DNA of 64,000 nucleotides, from positions 6,751 to 70,750 of the forward strand of contig JBBTWP010000004.1 in the NCBI GenBank assembly GCA_038062675.1. The letters run 5' to 3'. Below are positions 60,440-64,000 of the stretch, in pieces. The translations under genes and the position numbers were made by a program. The stretch's first letter is position 1; each line of letters begins with the position of its first letter. The stretch is from Patescibacteria group bacterium. Its GTDB lineage: Bacteria; Patescibacteriota; Minisyncoccia; Phycocordibacterales; UBA1550. The notes under the pieces are model-generated. The model ran no database searches, was not told where the DNA came from, and worked only from the letters and a program-made list of their open reading frames with translations.

Positions 60440-61478
60440 GTTTGCCCCTTTTGAATAGCCTGCCCTCGAGTGTCATATTGTCATAACCATGCGCGAAAGT
60501 GGCAAGGGCACCGCCCACCAAGATGAGATGTGGCCACGCAGCCTCAGGGAAATAAAGGTACGAGAGGAAAAGAAAGATAGCAAAAAAGATTGCTGAAAAA
60601 CGAAGATGTATACCAAGTACAAAGAATAACCCAAAAAGCATCTCAAGAATACCAGCACCCAAGACTATAAATTCTGGACTGAAAGGGAAATAGTCAGTGA
60701 GCCTATAGTCAAGTACAACCTGAAGAGCTACGTTGCTATGAAGGAATTTCCCGTAAAACGCCGCGTACATGATGCTAAAGCCAAGACCAAGACGGATAAT
60801 GAGAAGGGCGTAGTCGGAAAAAATGAGTGAAAGTGATCGACGGAATTTTTGTAATTTTGAATCGCTGTTTTTGTCGTGCAGGACGATGTTTTGAAACGCA
60901 GGTTTTCCTGCCCCCACAAGCAAGAGCGCGAGTAATATGCCTAAATAATCGACGTAAGTTAAAAGATAAATCCCGTACTTCCCAACCGCCACCGCAAAAA
61001 TACCGAGACCGATAACGGCAGCTGTGCGTACAAAAATACCAAGTGTGATGGTGATACCGATAATGATGAGGAGCCAAGAGGTGAGCGTAGTGTAGGTTCC
61101 AAAGATTGTGACAAGACTCATCTCGGGCCCAAAAAGGGTCTGATAGAGACCTGAAAATATTAAACAAACTCCAACGGCTCCGCGCGCAATAACAAACGCA
61201 TACGGTTTAAGCTTGAACAGGAACGGATTGAATTTGTCCTGCATTCGATGCGAAAGTGAAAAGAAAAGCAATAAGATAAGAAGTAGGAATACTGCAGTTG
61301 CCCAAAAGATGAATTGTCCGATATTTGCGCTAATGATATCGAGTGGGTTTGTTGGTGGATGGGTAAGAAGTTCGGAAACTATACTGCTTTCAAGTACGTA
61401 CATTTCATGTGCTGTGGCAATTGTAGGGAAGAGCATCGCAAAGACTGCAAGGGTTGCGCTAGAAATCTTCTTTATCAT
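60423..61478 (-). CDS. Polytopic membrane protein (signal peptide + about 8-9 TM segments), function unknown
   Basis: MIKKISSATLAVFAMLFPTIATA signal-like start, then regularly spaced hydrophobic helices. Its 3' end overlaps the FAD-oxidase start by 17 nt. Confidence 0.6.
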   Translation of the reverse strand: MIKKISSATLAVFAMLFPTIATAHEMYVLESSIVSELLTHPPTNPLDIISANIGQFIFWATAVFLLLILLLFFSLSHRMQDKFNPFLFKLKPYAFVIARGAVGVCLIFSGLYQTLFGPEMSLVTIFGTYTTLTSWLLIIIGITITLGIFVRTAAVIGLGIFAVAVGKYGIYLLTYVDYLGILLALLLVGAGKPAFQNIVLHDKNSDSKLQKFRRSLSLIFSDYALLIIRLGLGFSIMYAAFYGKFLHSNVALQVVLDYRLTDYFPFSPEFIVLGAGILEMLFGLFFVLGIHLRFSAIFFAIFLFLSYLYFPEAAWPHLILVGGALATFAHGYDNMTLEGRLFKRGKHEPIF

Positions 61479-61563
61479 AGTGCTCTTATTATACTAAGTT
61501 CCTAAACAAAAGTGAAACACAATAAAAAGGGGTGCCTCGCTGAGTTTCTTCTTTGTTTTTTGT

Positions 61564-61989
61564 CTAGTATTCTTCTTGTATTGTACTTCCGTCCTTATTG
61601 GTGCGATAAGTGAATGTTTCTCCACGAACCTGCGCGGTAATAAGGTATCCCGGAGTGAGCACTTGTGCACAGAGGACTTCTTTTGAAAGAAATCCGAGAC
61701 ATGAATCGGGCCAAGTCTTTTCATCCACTTGTAGGGCTATAACTTCACCTTCGGGCACGCCAAGTCTGCGAGCGAGCGTCTTTTTTACTGCTGTAACGGC
61801 GGCTGGGACAGGAAGGTTGTGGATGCTTCCTGGTGGTGCATTGTCTGCTGAAGTGGGTGCGTTGGTTGTAGGGGTCTCTTTTATGATTACGGTGTCGCTC
61901 GTAGTTTTATCGTTCATTACGAAATACCAAAAGCCAGCGCCAGCGAGAAGGAGGACGACAAGAATGCTGAATATTATTGATTTGTTCAT
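61564..61989 (-). CDS. Membrane-anchored hypothetical protein (141 aa)
   Basis: N-terminal TM helix (IIFSILVVLLLAGAGFWYFV), a Thr/Pro/Ala linker and a small C-terminal domain with two Cys. Confidence 0.5.
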   Translation of the reverse strand: MNKSIIFSILVVLLLAGAGFWYFVMNDKTTSDTVIIKETPTTNAPTSADNAPPGSIHNLPVPAAVTAVKKTLARRLGVPEGEVIALQVDEKTWPDSCLGFLSKEVLCAQVLTPGYLITAQVRGETFTYRTNKDGSTIQEEY

Positions 61990-62060
61990 ATGTAGTATAT
62001 TGTTTACTCTAGTAATAACTACTTACATTTTACCATATTTTAAAATATTTGCCGAGAAAG

Positions 62061-62094
62061 AAAAAACCGCCCGAATCTTTCGGGCGGTTTTTTT
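62061..62094 (-). terminator. Intrinsic terminator after the M14 peptidase pair
   Basis: AAAAAACCGCCCGAA tctt TCGGGCGGTTTTTTT. Perfect hairpin with A/T runs on both sides. Confidence 0.85.
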
Positions 62095-62140
62095 GTGGAT
62101 GCTTGCTCAATTTCCAAGCACTACATTTCCATAATTTTGG

Positions 62141-63055
62141 TTAGTTATTAAGCCCACTATTTGAGTTTGCGACCTCAAGCCGGCTGTAGTAGTTGAAGAT
62201 CGCTTTGATGCCTGCCAGATTACGTTCCCACTCGACGGTTTCGTGAGTGCTAAGTTCTACGGTAATCGCTGGTATGTTGATTGAGGCGAGCCACCCCTCG
62301 GCATCTCCGGAAGTTTCGTATGCAGTGAATGATTTTATTGCGTTGTATTTTGACGCTTTTGCGTATGCATTCATGAGGTCAAGTGTTTTTGGAAGAATGC
62401 CAGCCTGACACTCTGATGCATAAACAGCATTTGCTTTGCTGTGCCAAAAGATAGCACTGTCGGGATTGTGTGCGATGACGAAGTCGCGAATGGCAACTGC
62501 CTCCGGCTCTGAAAATGCTTTTGTCCCGGCGCTTACAACCTTACTCTTCCACATGCTTTTTGGTTTCCATTTGCAGTCAAAATTGCGATTGAGGTCCACA
62601 CTGTGCGCATTGAATCGTCCTGACTCGACAAGTTTAGTGCTGTCGGAAACATCTCCAGCTGTAAAGCGACCTTCTTTCCTTACTACTCGAAAAAGTCCGT
62701 CGGGGTTGGCTGAAGGAATAATCGAAATCGTGAGGTTTTTTGGAATAAAGTCAGGATTTGCTTTTACGTAGTCTATGAATTGATACGCCAGAAGAACACT
62801 GTTCCATTCATAACCACCGTGGACACCACCCACAAAGAGGAGACGAGTCTCACCTGTTCCGTAAGTGTATGCTTCTATTGCACGACCCTCTACTGAGGTG
62901 CCGACGATTTCTTTTTCGGCCTGAATGGGCTTTGCGACTATTGGAATCGGCGCGTGTGTCGCTTTGTATTTCTGCATGAGGATAAAGATTCCAAAAGAAA
63001 AGAGTGCAATTACGCTGAGAGCAACGAAGACATTTTTTTTAAAGAAGGCCGGCAT
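62141..63055 (-). CDS. M14-family zinc carboxypeptidase (membrane-anchored), paralog A
   Basis: GGVHGGYEWNS zinc-ligand region, NPDG, DLNRNFDCKWKP, and a downstream H (IFWHS). N-terminal TM anchor. Confidence 0.85.
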   Translation of the reverse strand: MPAFFKKNVFVALSVIALFSFGIFILMQKYKATHAPIPIVAKPIQAEKEIVGTSVEGRAIEAYTYGTGETRLLFVGGVHGGYEWNSVLLAYQFIDYVKANPDFIPKNLTISIIPSANPDGLFRVVRKEGRFTAGDVSDSTKLVESGRFNAHSVDLNRNFDCKWKPKSMWKSKVVSAGTKAFSEPEAVAIRDFVIAHNPDSAIFWHSKANAVYASECQAGILPKTLDLMNAYAKASKYNAIKSFTAYETSGDAEGWLASINIPAITVELSTHETVEWERNLAGIKAIFNYYSRLEVANSNSGLNN

Positions 63056-63939
63056 TATTGGCGGAGCATGTTCAAAACTGCATCAATACCCGCTTTGTTT
63101 TTTGTCCACTCAGTGTCTGTGTGTGTAGTGAGAAGTACGCTAATCGCAGGAATTTCTTTCTTTGCAAGCCAGTTTGTCATATCTCCCGCTGTCTCGTAGA
63201 AGTCGAAACTGTCGTATGCTTTGTATCCCGAGGCGGTTGCATAAGTGCTGGTCAAGAGTTTTGTTTCAGAAGAGATGCTCTTGTCGCAACTTGAAGAAAA
63301 CACACCCCCCGCGGAGCTGTACCACACAACAACCGCAGCAGGATTGTTTGCCTCGATATAGTTTTTAAACGCTTGGCTCTCTGGTTCAGAGAAAGCGCTT
63401 GTTCCACCACTAACGGTTTTTTCCATCCAGACTCCTTTTGGTTTCCAGTCACAATCAAAGTTGCGATTGAGGTCTACATTGTTTGCATTGAAACGACCTA
63501 GAACCACAGTGTCTTTTGAGGAAGATACATCTGCTGGAGTAAAACGTCCCGCTGTCCCTACTGTTTTGTTGAGACCGTCAGGATTCAAAACAGGGATGAC
63601 GGTTACTTTTGCGTCTTTAGGGATGATGGTTGGGTTTGCGGTGAGGTAGTCCATGAGCTCATATGCTACGAGAACCGTGTTCCATTCATAGCCACCATGA
63701 ATACCGCCCACAAACAATAATTCCTTGGTTCCGGTACCAAAATGGTATGCAGTAATGTCACGTTTTTCAACAGAGGTACCGAGGACTGTTTTTGTTTTGT
63801 CCTTAGTTTCTGTTTGGGTGCTTGTTGGTGCACCTTTGTTTTCTGTTTCCGGAGCAACGCTCGGAGAAGGTTTGGTTAAAAAATAAATACCGACAGCGAT
63901 AATAATCACACCTACGATAATAATAATTGTTTTTTTCAT
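63055..63939 (-). CDS. M14-family zinc carboxypeptidase (membrane-anchored), paralog B
   Basis: GGIHGGYEWNT, NPDG, DLNRNFDCDWKP. Its stop overlaps the start of paralog A (TAATG). Confidence 0.85.
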   Translation of the reverse strand: MKKTIIIIVGVIIIAVGIYFLTKPSPSVAPETENKGAPTSTQTETKDKTKTVLGTSVEKRDITAYHFGTGTKELLFVGGIHGGYEWNTVLVAYELMDYLTANPTIIPKDAKVTVIPVLNPDGLNKTVGTAGRFTPADVSSSKDTVVLGRFNANNVDLNRNFDCDWKPKGVWMEKTVSGGTSAFSEPESQAFKNYIEANNPAAVVVWYSSAGGVFSSSCDKSISSETKLLTSTYATASGYKAYDSFDFYETAGDMTNWLAKKEIPAISVLLTTHTDTEWTKNKAGIDAVLNMLRQ

Positions 63940-64000
63940 ATCTATAGTTTACCACAAATTGTTGCAAATGTGGGGGCGAGGCTGTGGACGGCTGGGGGGT

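Overview
64 kb, about 55 protein genes, no rRNA, tRNA, CRISPR array, transposase or integrase recognised by eye. Gene content suggests a small-genome, monoderm-type bacterium, possibly Patescibacteria/CPR (Parcubacteria-like). That assignment is inference only, based on a secretin-less type IV pilus locus with a fused PilM-PilN, a minimal SUF system, compact RNAP subunits and many orphan genes.

Layout:
(1) 1-24.5 kb, housekeeping: smc 3' end, two tiny orphan ORFs, RNase R, rpsP-KH-trmD, a contiguous rpoB-rpoC-dnaG-rpoD block, a split suf cluster (sufB-sufS / sufU-sufC-DUF59), a DsbA-like protein, engB and a ZnuABC-type transporter.
(2) 25-44.8 kb, a roughly 20-kb type IV pilus locus. It contains a LytR_C protein, a PilO-like protein and a PilM-PilN fusion on the minus strand. 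On the plus strand are a HAMP-PAS histidine kinase plus two CheY-like receivers, two tandem major pilins, pilB, pilC and a minor-pilin operon. That operon holds a 1499-aa two-propeller surface protein and, unexpectedly, two paralogous NYN (PIN-like) nuclease genes.
(3) 44.9-56 kb, one long minus-strand metal-homeostasis operon: flavoprotein, CPH-type P1B ATPase, Met-rich multicopper oxidase, secreted peptidoglycan-binding protein, an atypical P1B-like ATPase and a P2/P3-type ATPase.
(4) 56-64 kb: a SET-domain protein, three monocistronic orphan genes, an FAD-linked oxidase plus a polytopic membrane protein, and two tandem M14 carboxypeptidases.

Most noteworthy observations:
- The NYN-punctuated minor-pilin/adhesin operon.
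- The adhesin's perfectly identical 135-bp blade repeats.
- A family of structured intergenic elements sitting directly after stop codons. They have a conserved core, helices that co-vary between copies and a swappable apical module, a 37-nt double-hairpin unit. That unit also brackets the KH-protein gene as inverted tandem pairs.

All functional calls come from motif recognition by eye. No database search or computation was run.
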